Positions 34,695 through 44,686 of a DNA stretch of 62,530 nt are shown here, in pieces. The DNA is from an uncultured Chromatiaceae bacterium. Its GTDB lineage: Bacteria > Pseudomonadota > Gammaproteobacteria > Chromatiales > Chromatiaceae. The DNA is taken from NCBI GenBank assembly GCA_964471705.1, contig CAYYHR010000002.1, positions 1-62,530 of the forward strand. The letters run 5' to 3'. Position 1 is the stretch's first letter. Every line of letters begins with the position of its first letter. The position numbers and the translations under genes were made by a program. The notes under the pieces were generated by a model, which saw nothing but the letters and a program-made list of their open reading frames with translations, did not search any database and was not told where the DNA came from.

Positions 34695-35029
34695 TGCGCT
34701 GGCTCGGTGTCGTACTGCTGCTGGTGTTGCTGGTGCTGCAGTATCGCCTGTGGGTCGGCGACGGCAGCCTGGCAGAGGTCCGGGCGTTGCGCGAGGAGAT
34801 CGACACCCAACAGATGGAATTGGCTCAGCTGCGCAGTCGCAACCAGACCCTCGAAGCGGAGGTGTTCGACCTCCGCGAGGGCCTGGATGCCTTGGAGGAG
34901 CGTGCCCGCAGCGAGCTCGGGATGATCAAGGATGGTGAGATGTTTCTACAGGTCATCGAGGAGCCGCCTGACGAGACCCCCGCAACACCGGTTCCTGCCG
35001 CCGGCAATCCGCGGACGTCGCGGCGCTGA
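34694..35029 (+). CDS. ftsB: Cell division protein FtsB
   Basis: TM then LQYRLWVG.GS, coiled coil, EERARSELGMIK.GE; eno-ftsB-ispD synteny. Confidence 0.96.
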   Translation: MRWLGVVLLLVLLVLQYRLWVGDGSLAEVRALREEIDTQQMELAQLRSRNQTLEAEVFDLREGLDALEERARSELGMIKDGEMFLQVIEEPPDETPATPVPAAGNPRTSRR

Positions 35030-35113
35030 CCTGGGGTGTGGAGCCGGTGGGAGGGTGAGGTCATCGTCGACGCGCGTTGGATTCTGATTTTGGCCCTGAA
35101 TTTGGATTGAATC

Positions 35114-35815
35114 GTGGTCGAGTGCTGGGCGGTGGTCCCCGCGGCCGGAATTGGCCGGCGCATGGGTGCGTCGATACCCAAGCAGTACCTGGATCTGCAT
35201 GGACGTACCGTTATCGACTGGTCCCTCGATCTCTTCCTCGACCACCCGCGGATCTCGGGCGTTCTGGTTTCCCTGGATGCGGGCGATGACCATTGGCCAC
35301 GGACCTCTTTTGCGGATCATCCGCGGGTCCGGCGGGTGAGCGGAGGGAGCGAGCGCTGCCATTCGGTGCTCAATGCCCTGGATCTGTTGGTTACGGAAGC
35401 GAAGGATCTGGATTGGGTCCTCGTCCACGACGCGGCGCGACCCTGTCTGCGCAAGGATGACCTCGACCGCTTGCTGACCGTCTTGATGGAACATCCGGTG
35501 GGTGGTCTTCTCGGTGTGCCCGTGCGGGACACCATGAAAGAGGTCGGCGCGGACGGTGCGGTTTTCCGGACCCTGCCCCGCGACCATCTTTGGCACGCCT
35601 TTACCCCCCAGATGTTTCGTCTCGGAGCCCTGCGCCGAGCCCTGGCCGCGGCCCTGGACGAGGGCAAGTTGGTCACGGATGACGCCGGTGCCGTTGAGCT
35701 GTTCGGGCTGAGCCCCCTCTTCGTAGAGGGTCATGGGGACAACATAAAGATCACTCGGCCCGAGGACTTGCCCTTGGCGGCCTTCTTTTTAGAGCAGCAG
35801 GGGCGCCTGTGCTGA
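35114..35815 (+). CDS. ispD: 2-C-methyl-D-erythritol 4-phosphate cytidylyltransferase
   Basis: [10 protein letters not shown]...[39 protein letters not shown]. Confidence 0.97.
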   Translation: MVECWAVVPAAGIGRRMGASIPKQYLDLHGRTVIDWSLDLFLDHPRISGVLVSLDAGDDHWPRTSFADHPRVRRVSGGSERCHSVLNALDLLVTEAKDLDWVLVHDAARPCLRKDDLDRLLTVLMEHPVGGLLGVPVRDTMKEVGADGAVFRTLPRDHLWHAFTPQMFRLGALRRALAAALDEGKLVTDDAGAVELFGLSPLFVEGHGDNIKITRPEDLPLAAFFLEQQGRLC

Positions 35816-36282
35816 TCGGCCAGGGTATCGACGCCCACCGCTTCGTGCCGGGTCGCCCTCTGATACTGGGGGGGGTGCGGATCGCTCACGATCAGGGGCT
35901 TGCCGCCCATTCGGACGGCGACGTGGTAATCCACGCCCTCTGTGACGCGCTGCTGGGGGCTGCCGCTTTGGGGGACATTGGCCGCCACTTTCCCGATAGC
36001 GATGCCCGCTTCGCCGGAATCGACAGCCGCATCCTTCTGGTGCGTGTGGTCGAGACTTTGCTGGCGCAGGGGCTTCGGGTGCACAACGTCGACCTGACGG
36101 TGGTCGCCCAGCGTCCCAGACTCGCGCCCCATATCGCCGCCATGACGAAGGTTTTGGCCGAGGATCTGCGCTGTCCCCCGGAACGGGTCAATGTGAAGGC
36201 GACTACCACGGAGAGGATGGGGTTCACTGGTCGCGGCGAGGGGATCGCCGCCTTCGCCGTGGCCCTCTTGAGCGGGACGTAA
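35809..36282 (+). CDS. ispF: 2-C-methyl-D-erythritol 2,4-cyclodiphosphate synthase
   Basis: [49 protein letters not shown]. Confidence 0.98.
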   Translation: MLIGQGIDAHRFVPGRPLILGGVRIAHDQGLAAHSDGDVVIHALCDALLGAAALGDIGRHFPDSDARFAGIDSRILLVRVVETLLAQGLRVHNVDLTVVAQRPRLAPHIAAMTKVLAEDLRCPPERVNVKATTTERMGFTGRGEGIAAFAVALLSGT

Positions 36283-36284
36283 TC

Positions 36285-36848
36285 CTAGAAACGGCTACGA
36301 TTGCGCCGGGATTTTTCGGGATTGCGCAGCAGCAGGTAGGCGGCCCCCGTGCCTCCGTCTCGTCGGGTGGCGCTGCAGAAGGCGAGGACTTGGTCGTGTA
36401 GGCGCAGCCAATAATTCACCTTTCGCTTGAGCACGGGCTGTCGCCCCTCGGAGCGATAACCCTTGCCATGGACGATGAGGGCGCATCGGACGCGGCGGCG
36501 TCCGCACTCTTCCAGGAACTCCGCGAGGAGGCGCTCGGCATAGGCGGCGGTCAGGCCATGCAGGTCGAGTTCCAGCTCTACCTCCAGGTGCCCGCGCTGC
36601 AGCTCGGCGAGAAGGCGCTTTTGTACCCCCGGGCGGGCGAATAGCAGGTAGTCGCCGGTCTCTACCTCGGTTTCCGCCAGCAGTGCACGCTCGGGCCCGA
36701 GAATGTTTCGGAGCTCCGGCGGCTGTGCGATGGGGACCGGGGGCGGACAGCGTCGGAAGGGCTCGGCTCGATCGGTCTCCATCGTCTCTGCGCCTTCCAC
36801 GGAGTCACGAAACAGCTTGGCTTCCGACTCGTCCAGAGGTTTTCGCAT
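36285..36848 (-). CDS. Smr/MutS2 domain endonuclease (SmrA-like)
   Basis: ELDLHGL, IVHGKG.RS, PVLK..V..WL, VLAFCSA...DGGTGA. Confidence 0.92.
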   Translation of the reverse strand: MRKPLDESEAKLFRDSVEGAETMETDRAEPFRRCPPPVPIAQPPELRNILGPERALLAETEVETGDYLLFARPGVQKRLLAELQRGHLEVELELDLHGLTAAYAERLLAEFLEECGRRRVRCALIVHGKGYRSEGRQPVLKRKVNYWLRLHDQVLAFCSATRRDGGTGAAYLLLRNPEKSRRNRSRF

Positions 36849-37048
36849 GGCAGGGCGTTCCTGGCGCAACGAGGACTTTCGAGTATAACAGTGTGCGGGC
36901 AGCTTCGATCTGCAGCCGACCCTTCTGGCGGATTCACGAGTGGATGTCCGCTGCACCGGATTCCAGTATCATCCCCGCGTTTCCCGGCTCGCGGGTTTGA
37001 TTCGTCGACTCGCGGTATGCCCAAGCCATTCCCCGTCTCCGAAATCCG

Positions 37049-37255
37049 ATGGAAATTCTGATCAGAAACCTTGATCGGTGCCGATCTCCGGACCTGGAGC
37101 CGTCGGCCCTTGTGCTCGATGCTCGGGCTGATCTTTCGGTAGCGGGACAGGATGCCGGTTCGGGGGCGATCAGTTGTTGCGCGCGGTTGCCGGCGGACCG
37201 GACGGTCCCGCGGGTCTTGGATCCCTCGGGGTATTGGACATCCTGGTGCATTTGA
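37049..37255 (+). pseudogene. surE: Degenerate remnant of surE (5'-nucleotidase)
   Basis: 68-aa [43 protein letters not shown] aligns by eye to the SurE start (M.ILISNDDG..SPGL..LA..L...AE..VVAPD.DRSGAS) with NDDG destroyed. It sits in the surE position and its stop overlaps the pcm ATG. Confidence 0.55.
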
Positions 37256-37917
37256 TGGCCCGCGGAAACCGGGAAGGCATCGGGATGACCTCCCAACGCA
37301 CCCGCGAGCGCCTGATTCAGCGGGTCGAGGAGGCGGGCATCCGCGACCGGGATGTGCTCGAGGTCATGCGTAGGCTGCCACGTCATCTTTTCGTGGACGA
37401 GGCCTTGGCCAGCCGCGCCTACGAGGATTCCGCCTTGCCGATCGGCCATGGGCAGACGATCTCCCAACCCTACACGGTGGCCCGCATGACTGAGGCGCTC
37501 CTGGAGATGGGGCGCCCCGACACGGTATTGGAGATCGGAACGGGCTCCGGTTTCCAGACCGCGGTGCTGGCCTCGTTGGTGCGCCGCGTCTACAGTGTCG
37601 AGCGGGTGGCGGCCCTCTCGGAGCGAGCGGGGCGTACGCTCAAGAAGCTCGAGCTGCGCAACGTGCGCCTACGTCATGGAGACGGGGCATCGGGCTGGCC
37701 GGAGTACGCACCCTTCGACGGCATCCTGGTCACTGCCGCACCGGCGGGGGTCCCCCGCATGTTGGTGCGTCAACTGACCCTCGGAGGTCGCATGGTGCTG
37801 CCCATAGGGCGCTCGGGCCAACAGGTGTTGGTGCGCTTGCTCAAGACGGAAACGGGGTATGTCCATGAGATATTGGAGCCCGTCACCTTCGTACCCTTGC
37901 TCGGAGGCATTGCTTGA
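37255..37917 (+). CDS. pcm: Protein-L-isoaspartate O-methyltransferase
   Basis: [57 protein letters not shown]. Confidence 0.97.
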   Translation: MARGNREGIGMTSQRTRERLIQRVEEAGIRDRDVLEVMRRLPRHLFVDEALASRAYEDSALPIGHGQTISQPYTVARMTEALLEMGRPDTVLEIGTGSGFQTAVLASLVRRVYSVERVAALSERAGRTLKKLELRNVRLRHGDGASGWPEYAPFDGILVTAAPAGVPRMLVRQLTLGGRMVLPIGRSGQQVLVRLLKTETGYVHEILEPVTFVPLLGGIA

Positions 37918-38492
37918 TACGCATCTTCTCCTCGCTCTACGATCGGGTCATGGTTTGGTCGCGGCACCGACATGCCCCTTGGTACCTGGCCGGTCTGAGC
38001 TTTTCCGAATCCTCGTTCTTTCCCATCCCGCCGGACGTGATGCTTGCGCCCATGAGCATGGCCGAGCCCCGGGCGGCCTTCCGACTCGCGGCCCTGACTA
38101 CGGCGGCATCGGTGCTGGGCGGCCTCTTGGGGTACCTGATCGGCCACTTCGCCTTCGACCTGATCACGCCTCTGGTGACGGAGGGGGGGCGCTATGCGAA
38201 GCCCTTCGCCGCCGCCGAGGCCTGGTTCGAAAAATGGGGTGTTTGGGCCGTCCTCATTGCCGGTTTTTCGCCCATACCCTACAAGGTCTTTACCATCTCG
38301 GCGGGGGTGCTGCACATGGCGCTCATCCCTTTTCTGATCGCTTCGGCGGTGGGCCGCGGCGGGCGCTTCTTTCTGGTTTCCGCCTTGATGGCCTGGGGCG
38401 GTGAGCGCATGGAGCGCGGCCTGCGGACATACGTGGACCGCATAGGATGGGTCATGGTCCTCTTGGTAGTCCTGGTGGTCATCCTTCACTGA
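37914..38492 (+). CDS. yqaA: YqaA/DedA family membrane protein
   Basis: [46 protein letters not shown]; TTG start. Confidence 0.9.
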   Translation: MIRIFSSLYDRVMVWSRHRHAPWYLAGLSFSESSFFPIPPDVMLAPMSMAEPRAAFRLAALTTAASVLGGLLGYLIGHFAFDLITPLVTEGGRYAKPFAAAEAWFEKWGVWAVLIAGFSPIPYKVFTISAGVLHMALIPFLIASAVGRGGRFFLVSALMAWGGERMERGLRTYVDRIGWVMVLLVVLVVILH

Positions 38493-38546
38493 GCACAGGG
38501 CAACGGTGTCTCGACAAACGATAGCTGATGCGATGGGGCGCGTGGG

Positions 38547-39362
38547 GTGAGGGTCAGGGTAGGCGACTCGTGGTCGATCTTTCGTCAAGTGCCCATGGCG
38601 CTTGTCGCCTTGCTGCTGGCAACGGTCCTGTCGGGATGTGGTTCGACAGGGCCAGCGCCCGTGTACGAAGGATATGGTCTTGCGCCCGCCGGCTACTACC
38701 GGGTCCGCAGGGGCGACACCCTACACAAGATTGCCGGCAGGCACAAAATCGGCTACGAGACGCTCGCTCGATGGAACAATCTGGGGCCTCCTTATCGCAT
38801 CTATGCGGGCTCTCTGCTGCGCGTGGAGCCACCGGAGGGAAAGGGCGGGGCCAAAAATCAGGATGCGCTACGAACGGTAACAGCGACAAAAAAGACGAAG
38901 CGGAAGAAGCAGGCGGGGGCGGCGAGAACGGCCAGCGTCGGGACTGCGGACAATGCCTCGAAGTCCTCCTCCAGGGGTAGTGGGAGGGTGGCACAGGGGC
39001 TGCATTGGAGGTGGCCCCTCGAGGGCAAGGTAGTCCGGAGATTTCGTAGCGGGGATCGAACCCGGCGGGGTATACGCGTTGCCGGTCATCGCGGTGAGAA
39101 GGTGCGCGCCGCCGAGGCCGGCACTGTGGTCTACAGCGGGAGTGGACTAAAGGGTTACGGAAATCTTATCATCGTCAAGCATAATGACGGCTACCTGAGC
39201 GCATATGGATTCAACCGCCGGCTATTGGTGAGGGAGGGCACCGCAGTGAAGCGCGGCCAAAGCGTCGCGGAGGTTGGGCAGGCATCCGATGGAGAGTATC
39301 TTCTCCATTTCGAGATCCGAAGGAACGGCACAGCGGTGGATCCTCTGAAGTATCTCCCATGA
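38547..39362 (+). CDS. nlpD: LysM + M23 lipoprotein (NlpD/YgeR-like amidase activator)
   Basis: Lipobox LSGC, Lys[30 protein letters not shown]; upstream of rpoS. Start uncertain. Confidence 0.88.
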   Translation: MRVRVGDSWSIFRQVPMALVALLLATVLSGCGSTGPAPVYEGYGLAPAGYYRVRRGDTLHKIAGRHKIGYETLARWNNLGPPYRIYAGSLLRVEPPEGKGGAKNQDALRTVTATKKTKRKKQAGAARTASVGTADNASKSSSRGSGRVAQGLHWRWPLEGKVVRRFRSGDRTRRGIRVAGHRGEKVRAAEAGTVVYSGSGLKGYGNLIIVKHNDGYLSAYGFNRRLLVREGTAVKRGQSVAEVGQASDGEYLLHFEIRRNGTAVDPLKYLP

Positions 39363-39435
39363 GGTGATTTGCGGGGCTCGGCTGAAATCGCCTCGCTCCA
39401 ACGAATTGCGTCTCCAACTGGGAGGCAACGTCTGC

Positions 39436-40461
39436 ATGGCGAGAACCAACGGGCTAGACGATTCGGAGCCGCAGATCGATGACGAGGAGGCGGTCCTGGT
39501 CGATACCGACGACTTAGATGGCGATATCGATGGCACGGTCTTGGCGGCAGGCCAGAGCCGAACGGCCCCACGTGAGGAATCGCCGGATTCCGGCGCGGGT
39601 AGGGTGACTCGTTTTCCAGGGGACGACGCCGACTTCGATGCGACACGCCTGTACCTGAACGAGATCGGCGAATCCAAGCTGCTGACGGCGGAGGAAGAGG
39701 TCCATTTCGCTCGCCTCGCTCAGGGCGGCGACGGAGCAGCGCGCAAGCGCATGATCGTCAGCAACTTGCGTCTGGTGGTCAAGATCGCGCGTCGCTACCT
39801 CAACCGCGGTCTGCCTCTCCTGGACCTGATCGAGGAAGGGAATCTGGGCCTGATGCGGGCCGTGGAGAAGTACGACCCGGAGCGTGGCTTCCGCTTTTCT
39901 ACTTACGCCACTTGGTGGATCCGCCAGACCATCGAGCGGGCCATCATGAATCAGACCCGCACGGTCCGCCTTCCCATACACGTGGTCAAGGAGATCAACA
40001 TCTATCTCAAGGCGGCCAGGGCCCTTGCGCAAAATCTAGACCACGAGCCGACCACCGAGGACATCGCCGACCTTCTCGATAAGCCTATCGAGGATGTCAA
40101 GCGCATGCTCGGTCTCAACGAGCACATCGCCTCGGTCGACACCCCCTACGGAAAGGATGCGGACAAGCCTTTGGTGGACCTGCTTCAGGACGAATCGGCA
40201 GACGACCCCGCGGACAGGATTCAGGACCACGACATCCAGGCCAATCTGAGCCATTGGCTCGAAAAGCTCACCGACAAGCAGCGCGAGGTGGTCGAGCGCC
40301 GGTTCGGACTCCATGGCTACGAGCACTCCACGCTCGAGCGTGTCGCGCAGGAGCTCGGGGTAACCCGCGAGCGCGTCCGACAGATACAGATGGACGCCTT
40401 GAAGCGGCTTCGCGACATCCTGGAGAACGAGGGCTTTTCCGTAGACGCCTTTTTCCGATAG
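39436..40461 (+). CDS. rpoS: RNA polymerase sigma factor RpoS
   Basis: [66 protein letters not shown]. Confidence 0.97.
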   Translation: MARTNGLDDSEPQIDDEEAVLVDTDDLDGDIDGTVLAAGQSRTAPREESPDSGAGRVTRFPGDDADFDATRLYLNEIGESKLLTAEEEVHFARLAQGGDGAARKRMIVSNLRLVVKIARRYLNRGLPLLDLIEEGNLGLMRAVEKYDPERGFRFSTYATWWIRQTIERAIMNQTRTVRLPIHVVKEINIYLKAARALAQNLDHEPTTEDIADLLDKPIEDVKRMLGLNEHIASVDTPYGKDADKPLVDLLQDESADDPADRIQDHDIQANLSHWLEKLTDKQREVVERRFGLHGYEHSTLERVAQELGVTRERVRQIQMDALKRLRDILENEGFSVDAFFR

Positions 40462-40497
40462 ACCGGGAGATTACGGCCTAGGGCTCGCCAGATCTCA

Positions 40498-40575
40498 GAG
40501 CTTGTGAAAAATTCGGACGCCGTAGCGAGGGTGTTCCTGGGCGTCCACAGTAGGCATCCGTTTTTTTACAAGCTC
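40498..40575. mobile_element. MITE-like relic with GAG...CTC terminal inverted repeats and TCA target duplication
   Basis: Left arm GAGCTTGTGAAAAATTCGGACGCC; reverse complement of right arm GAGCTTGTAAAAAAACGGATGCC; TCA directly repeated at 40495-40497 and 40576-40578. Confidence 0.55.
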
Positions 40576-40679
40576 TCAGCACCTCGGAACTGACCGCATC
40601 GGACTCATCCGCCGGGGGGCTAGCTCGCGAGGAGGCGGTTACGAAAGAGAGGTCTCGCCGCCAGGCACCGGATCGGCTC

Positions 40680-40693
40680 TTGATCCAAGTCAA
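40680..40693 (+). promoter_or_regulatory. FNR box upstream of ccoN
   Basis: TTGAT-CCAA-GTCAA, one mismatch to TTGAT-N4-ATCAA, in the expected context. Confidence 0.75.
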
Positions 40694-40865
40694 AGAAAGC
40701 CGTGGCAATTGCCGCCTACGCCATGAGAAACCCCGCTGTCAACATTGACTTCCCTCTCCGAATGCAGTGTCATTGTTAAGCTTTTGCTGATGGACTTCGA
40801 CGATCGGGAAGGCCGTCGAGTGTCCGTAAACCCTGTCAATTTCCCATGAATCCCGGGGAGGGACT

Positions 40866-42299
40866 ATGGAAGCTGCACTGGAGAAGAAATACAACTTCGA
40901 CGTTGTACGCTGGTTCACCATCATGGCCGTCGTCTACCTCGTGGTGGGGGCCTTGGTGGGGGTCTATATCGCGTCGGAGCTGGCCTGGCCGGACCTGAAT
41001 TTCAACATCCCCTACATCAGCTTCGGCCGTCTGCGTCCGGTGCACACCAATGCGGTGATCTTCGCCTTCGGCGGTTGCACGCTCATGGCTGCGGCCTTCT
41101 ACACGGTGCAACGTACCTGCGGTGTGCGGCTGTGGAGCGACAAGATGGCCTGGTTCGTGTTCTGGGGCTGGAATGCCATCATCCTCGCCGCGGTCATCAC
41201 CCTCCCCCTCGGGTTCACCCAGTCCAAAGAGTATGCCGAGCTCGAGTGGCCAATCGACATCTTGATCGCGGTCGTTTGGCTGGCCTTCAGCTTCAACTTC
41301 ATCATGACGGTCGCCATCCGCAAGACCTCGCACATCTATGTGTCGAACTGGTTCTTCATGGGCATGATGCTGATGATCACCTATCTGCACGTGGTCAACA
41401 GCCTCGCCATCCCGGTCGGCGTGCTCAAATCCTATTCCATCTTTGCGGGCGTGCACGATGCCATGATCCAGTGGTGGTGGGGTCATAATGCGGTGGGCTT
41501 CTACCTGACTGCCGGCTTCCTGGGGATCATGTATTATTTCGTGCCCAAACAGGCGAATCGGCCCGTCTACTCCTACCGCCTGTCGGTCATTCATTTTTGG
41601 GCACTGATGTTCGGCTATGTCTGGCTCGGGGCCCATCACCTTCAATACACGGCCCTCCCCGACTGGACGGGCTCTCTGGGCGCCGCCGTTTCCATCGCCA
41701 TGATCATCCCCTCCTGGGGCGGTGCTGTGAACGGCATGATGACCCTCTCGGGTGCCTGGGATAAGCTGCGTACCGACTATGTCCTGCGCTTCCTGGTCAT
41801 CGCCATGGCCTTCTATGCCATGTCCACCTTCGAGGGACCGGTCATGTCTCTGAAGACCGTCAATGCCCTGTCTCACTATACCGACTGGACAATCGGTCAC
41901 GTGCACTCGGGTGCCCTCGGCTGGGTCGCCGGCATCTCCATTGGCGCCCTTTACCACCTGATGACACGGCTCTTCCACACGGAGATGTGGTCCGAGAAGC
42001 TGGTGAACGTGCACTTCTGGACCGCCACCATCGGCACGGTGATCTACATCGTCGCCATGTGGGTGTCGGGCATCATGCAAGGCCTGATGTGGAGGGCCTA
42101 CGACGAATACGGCACCTTGGCCTACACCTTCGTCGAGTCCGTGGACGCCATGCATCCTTACTATGCCATGCGTGCTATCGGTGGTGCGATTTTCCTGGCA
42201 GGGGCAGCCATCATGCTCTTTAACGTCCTCAAGACGGTGGCAAAGTCCATGTCTCAGGGCAGTTTGGCAAAGGCCCGCGCCTTGGCGGCGTCTGCCTGA
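40866..42299 (+). CDS. ccoN: cbb3-type cytochrome c oxidase subunit I
   Basis: [56 protein letters not shown]. Confidence 0.98.
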   Translation: MEAALEKKYNFDVVRWFTIMAVVYLVVGALVGVYIASELAWPDLNFNIPYISFGRLRPVHTNAVIFAFGGCTLMAAAFYTVQRTCGVRLWSDKMAWFVFWGWNAIILAAVITLPLGFTQSKEYAELEWPIDILIAVVWLAFSFNFIMTVAIRKTSHIYVSNWFFMGMMLMITYLHVVNSLAIPVGVLKSYSIFAGVHDAMIQWWWGHNAVGFYLTAGFLGIMYYFVPKQANRPVYSYRLSVIHFWALMFGYVWLGAHHLQYTALPDWTGSLGAAVSIAMIIPSWGGAVNGMMTLSGAWDKLRTDYVLRFLVIAMAFYAMSTFEGPVMSLKTVNALSHYTDWTIGHVHSGALGWVAGISIGALYHLMTRLFHTEMWSEKLVNVHFWTATIGTVIYIVAMWVSGIMQGLMWRAYDEYGTLAYTFVESVDAMHPYYAMRAIGGAIFLAGAAIMLFNVLKTVAKSMSQGSLAKARALAASA

Positions 42300-42317
42300 T
42301 TCGGGAGGTACGAGACA

Positions 42318-43064
42318 ATGGCAGAGAGCACTTCTTCAAAGGGCTTTCAAGATTGGATGGAGCGCAACCTCTGGGGGTTGCTGATCGTATTGGCTATCGC
42401 GCTGTCCGTCGGGGGTATCGTCGAGATCGTTCCTCTCTTCTACCTCGAAAACACCTTTCCCGCGAAGGAGAAGTTCCCCGAGATCGTGTGGGAAAAGGCG
42501 GGCAAGGAGGCGATCGTCACCGTCGACGAGAATGGCAAGGAGCAGTGGAACTGGAAGCCGGGAGACGGCATACGTCCCTACACCGCCCTGGAGCTTGCCG
42601 GGCGTGACGTCTACCAACGCGAGGGTTGCTACCTTTGTCACTCCCAGATGATCCGTCCCTTCCGCAACGAGAAGGAACGCTACGGTCATTACTCCCTGGC
42701 CTCCGAGTCCATCTTCGATCATCCCTTCCAATGGGGATCGAAGCGCACGGGGCCGGATATTGCACGGGTGGGTGGCAAATACTCGGACGAATGGCACCGC
42801 GACCACCTGCGTGCGCCGCGCTCTGTGGTTCCGGAATCCGTCATGCCGAACTTTCCCTGGCTGGATCACGCCATGGTGGAGGGCGCGACCATGCAGAGGC
42901 ATATGGAAGGTATGAAGATCATCGGTGTTCCCTACAGCGACGTCGATATCGAGGTCGCGCCCAAACTGGTAGATGGTAAGACCGAGATGGACGCAATGGT
43001 CGCCTATCTCCAGGTCCTGGGCACCATGGCCAAGCTGAATGAAGATGTGGTCTACCGTGAATAG
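42318..43064 (+). CDS. ccoO: cbb3-type oxidase subunit II (monoheme)
   Basis: [48 protein letters not shown]. Confidence 0.97.
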   Translation: MAESTSSKGFQDWMERNLWGLLIVLAIALSVGGIVEIVPLFYLENTFPAKEKFPEIVWEKAGKEAIVTVDENGKEQWNWKPGDGIRPYTALELAGRDVYQREGCYLCHSQMIRPFRNEKERYGHYSLASESIFDHPFQWGSKRTGPDIARVGGKYSDEWHRDHLRAPRSVVPESVMPNFPWLDHAMVEGATMQRHMEGMKIIGVPYSDVDIEVAPKLVDGKTEMDAMVAYLQVLGTMAKLNEDVVYRE

Positions 43065-43272
43065 CCTGAAGGAGTACTTCCACACGGACTGGGCTGCGAT
43101 GACGACGAACGATTGGATCGGAGCTATCCTCACGGTCGTCATCGCCCTGCTCATGATCCTGGCCTATTTCCACGTATTCCGTCCCAAGAACCGGGAGAGG
43201 CTCGAATCCAGACGCTTCATCCCGTTCGAAGAGGACGATCAAGCCGGCGGAGAGAACGATGGCGGAAAATAA
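43057..43272 (+). CDS. ccoQ: cbb3-type oxidase small subunit CcoQ
   Basis: Single TM followed by P..R..LE..RFIPF.ED; between ccoO and ccoP; GTG start inferred. Confidence 0.85.
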   Translation: MNSLKEYFHTDWAAMTTNDWIGAILTVVIALLMILAYFHVFRPKNRERLESRRFIPFEEDDQAGGENDGGK

Positions 43273-44191
43273 CCCCTTCCCTGGTGAGAACAACACCGGA
43301 CACTTTTGGGACGACAACCTGCGGGAGCTGAGGAACCCGGCCCCCCGCTGGTGGATGATCGGTTTCTGGGCATCGATTCTCTGGTGGATCGGCTATGGAA
43401 TTCTGTTTCCCATGTGGCCGACGCTGCACGGAAATACCAAGGGGATATTGGGATGGAGCCAGATCAAGGAGTACGACGAGGGCGTTGAGCAGGTTCAGTC
43501 GTTGCGCTCCGAGTACGAGGAGAAGCTCGCTGGAATGACCCCGAAAGAGATCATGTCGGATCCGGGCTTGAACCAATACACCTTGGCATCGGCCAAGGTG
43601 CTGTTCGGCGACAACTGTTCTGCATGCCACGGCAGCGGTGGTCAGGGCAACCCCGGTTTTCCGGTGCTCGCGGACGACGATTGGCTGTACGGTGGCACTA
43701 CGGCCAAGATCGGGGAGACCATCACCGGCGGTCGGAAGCCCTCCATGCCGGCCCATGCAAAGATCCTCTCCAAATCGGACATCGACACCCTGGCCCACTG
43801 GGTCGTCCAGATGAGCGACACCGGGGGTAAGGGGGGCAGCGAGGAGGGTTGGAATCTCTTCAGGACCAAGGGCTGTATCGCCTGCCACGGCGCCAAGGCG
43901 AACGGTCACGTGACCGATCTACCGAACGGACAGTTCGTGACAGTCGGTGCCGCCAACCTCACCGATGGTATCTTCAGGTTCAGGCCCTCTGGTGTGTCCG
44001 AAGATCAGCCACTCACGGATGAGCAAAAACTGGCGAGTGCCACGCATACCATCACCTACGGAGTCAATCAACCCGGCGTGCCCGAGACCCGCAATGCGGA
44101 AATGCCTGCCTTCGGTCAGACCGGAAAGCTCGATCAGCAACAGATCAAGAAGTTGGTTGTCTATGTATATCAGCTCGGTGGTGGTCAATAA
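43259..44191 (+). CDS. ccoP: cbb3-type oxidase subunit III (diheme)
   Basis: TGHFWD..LREL.NP.PRWW, CSACHG and CIACHG heme motifs, DDDWLYGG, MPAF. Confidence 0.97.
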   Translation: MAENNPFPGENNTGHFWDDNLRELRNPAPRWWMIGFWASILWWIGYGILFPMWPTLHGNTKGILGWSQIKEYDEGVEQVQSLRSEYEEKLAGMTPKEIMSDPGLNQYTLASAKVLFGDNCSACHGSGGQGNPGFPVLADDDWLYGGTTAKIGETITGGRKPSMPAHAKILSKSDIDTLAHWVVQMSDTGGKGGSEEGWNLFRTKGCIACHGAKANGHVTDLPNGQFVTVGAANLTDGIFRFRPSGVSEDQPLTDEQKLASATHTITYGVNQPGVPETRNAEMPAFGQTGKLDQQQIKKLVVYVYQLGGGQ

Positions 44192-44325
44192 GCTCGGTGG
44201 TTTGCCCTCGAGGTGAGCCTGAGGAGAGGTACGTCGGGGTGGAGACCTGTATCTAGGCTGACCGACTGCGAGAGAATGCAAGTCTAGGCGTTCGAAGCGG
44301 CATTTCGAGTATTGGCTTTTGTCGC

Positions 44326-44385
44326 ACGAAGGACGCGAGGAGCACGAAAGATCAGCATCTTGTTCGTGCACTTCGTGTCCTTCGT
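44326..44385. repeat. Imperfect palindrome built of 9-nt (nnnCACGAA-like) units
   Basis: ACGAA GGACGCGAG GAGCACGAA -14 nt- TTCGTGCAC TTCGTGTCC TTCGT; 20 of 23 positions are complementary. Confidence 0.75.
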
Positions 44386-44403
44386 TGTTTCTCGTCGTTT
44401 GCT

Positions 44404-44535
44404 CATGGTCTCGAGGTCCGGCTCGAAAGTCTGGATGCGCCCGAAGAGGCGGAGGAGCTCGATGAGCGAATGCACATCGAACGTTTCCAGTTTCCCGTGG
44501 GCGAGTAAGTAAGGCCGCATGGCCACATGAAATCC
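44404..44535 (-). pseudogene. Possible HEPN-domain gene fragment
   Basis: Minus-strand peptide GFHVAMRPYLLAHGKLETFDVHSLIELLRLFGRIQTFEPDLE resembles the HEPN K.YL...G......H.L..LL..L segment, but the preceding QQA.EK.LK helix and a credible start are missing. Confidence 0.35.
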
Positions 44536-44686
44536 CGAGGAAATTACTCGGCTACAATTGCGAAACCGCAATGTTCGTTCGGTTGCGCTTCGGTAGATTG
44601 CCTTGGTGAGCGGCGGTTGTCTGGGCTGCGCTGGTGTTTCCAGCACCGGGCCGGCAGCAGGTCCGTCGTTGTCCGGGAGATGGTTA

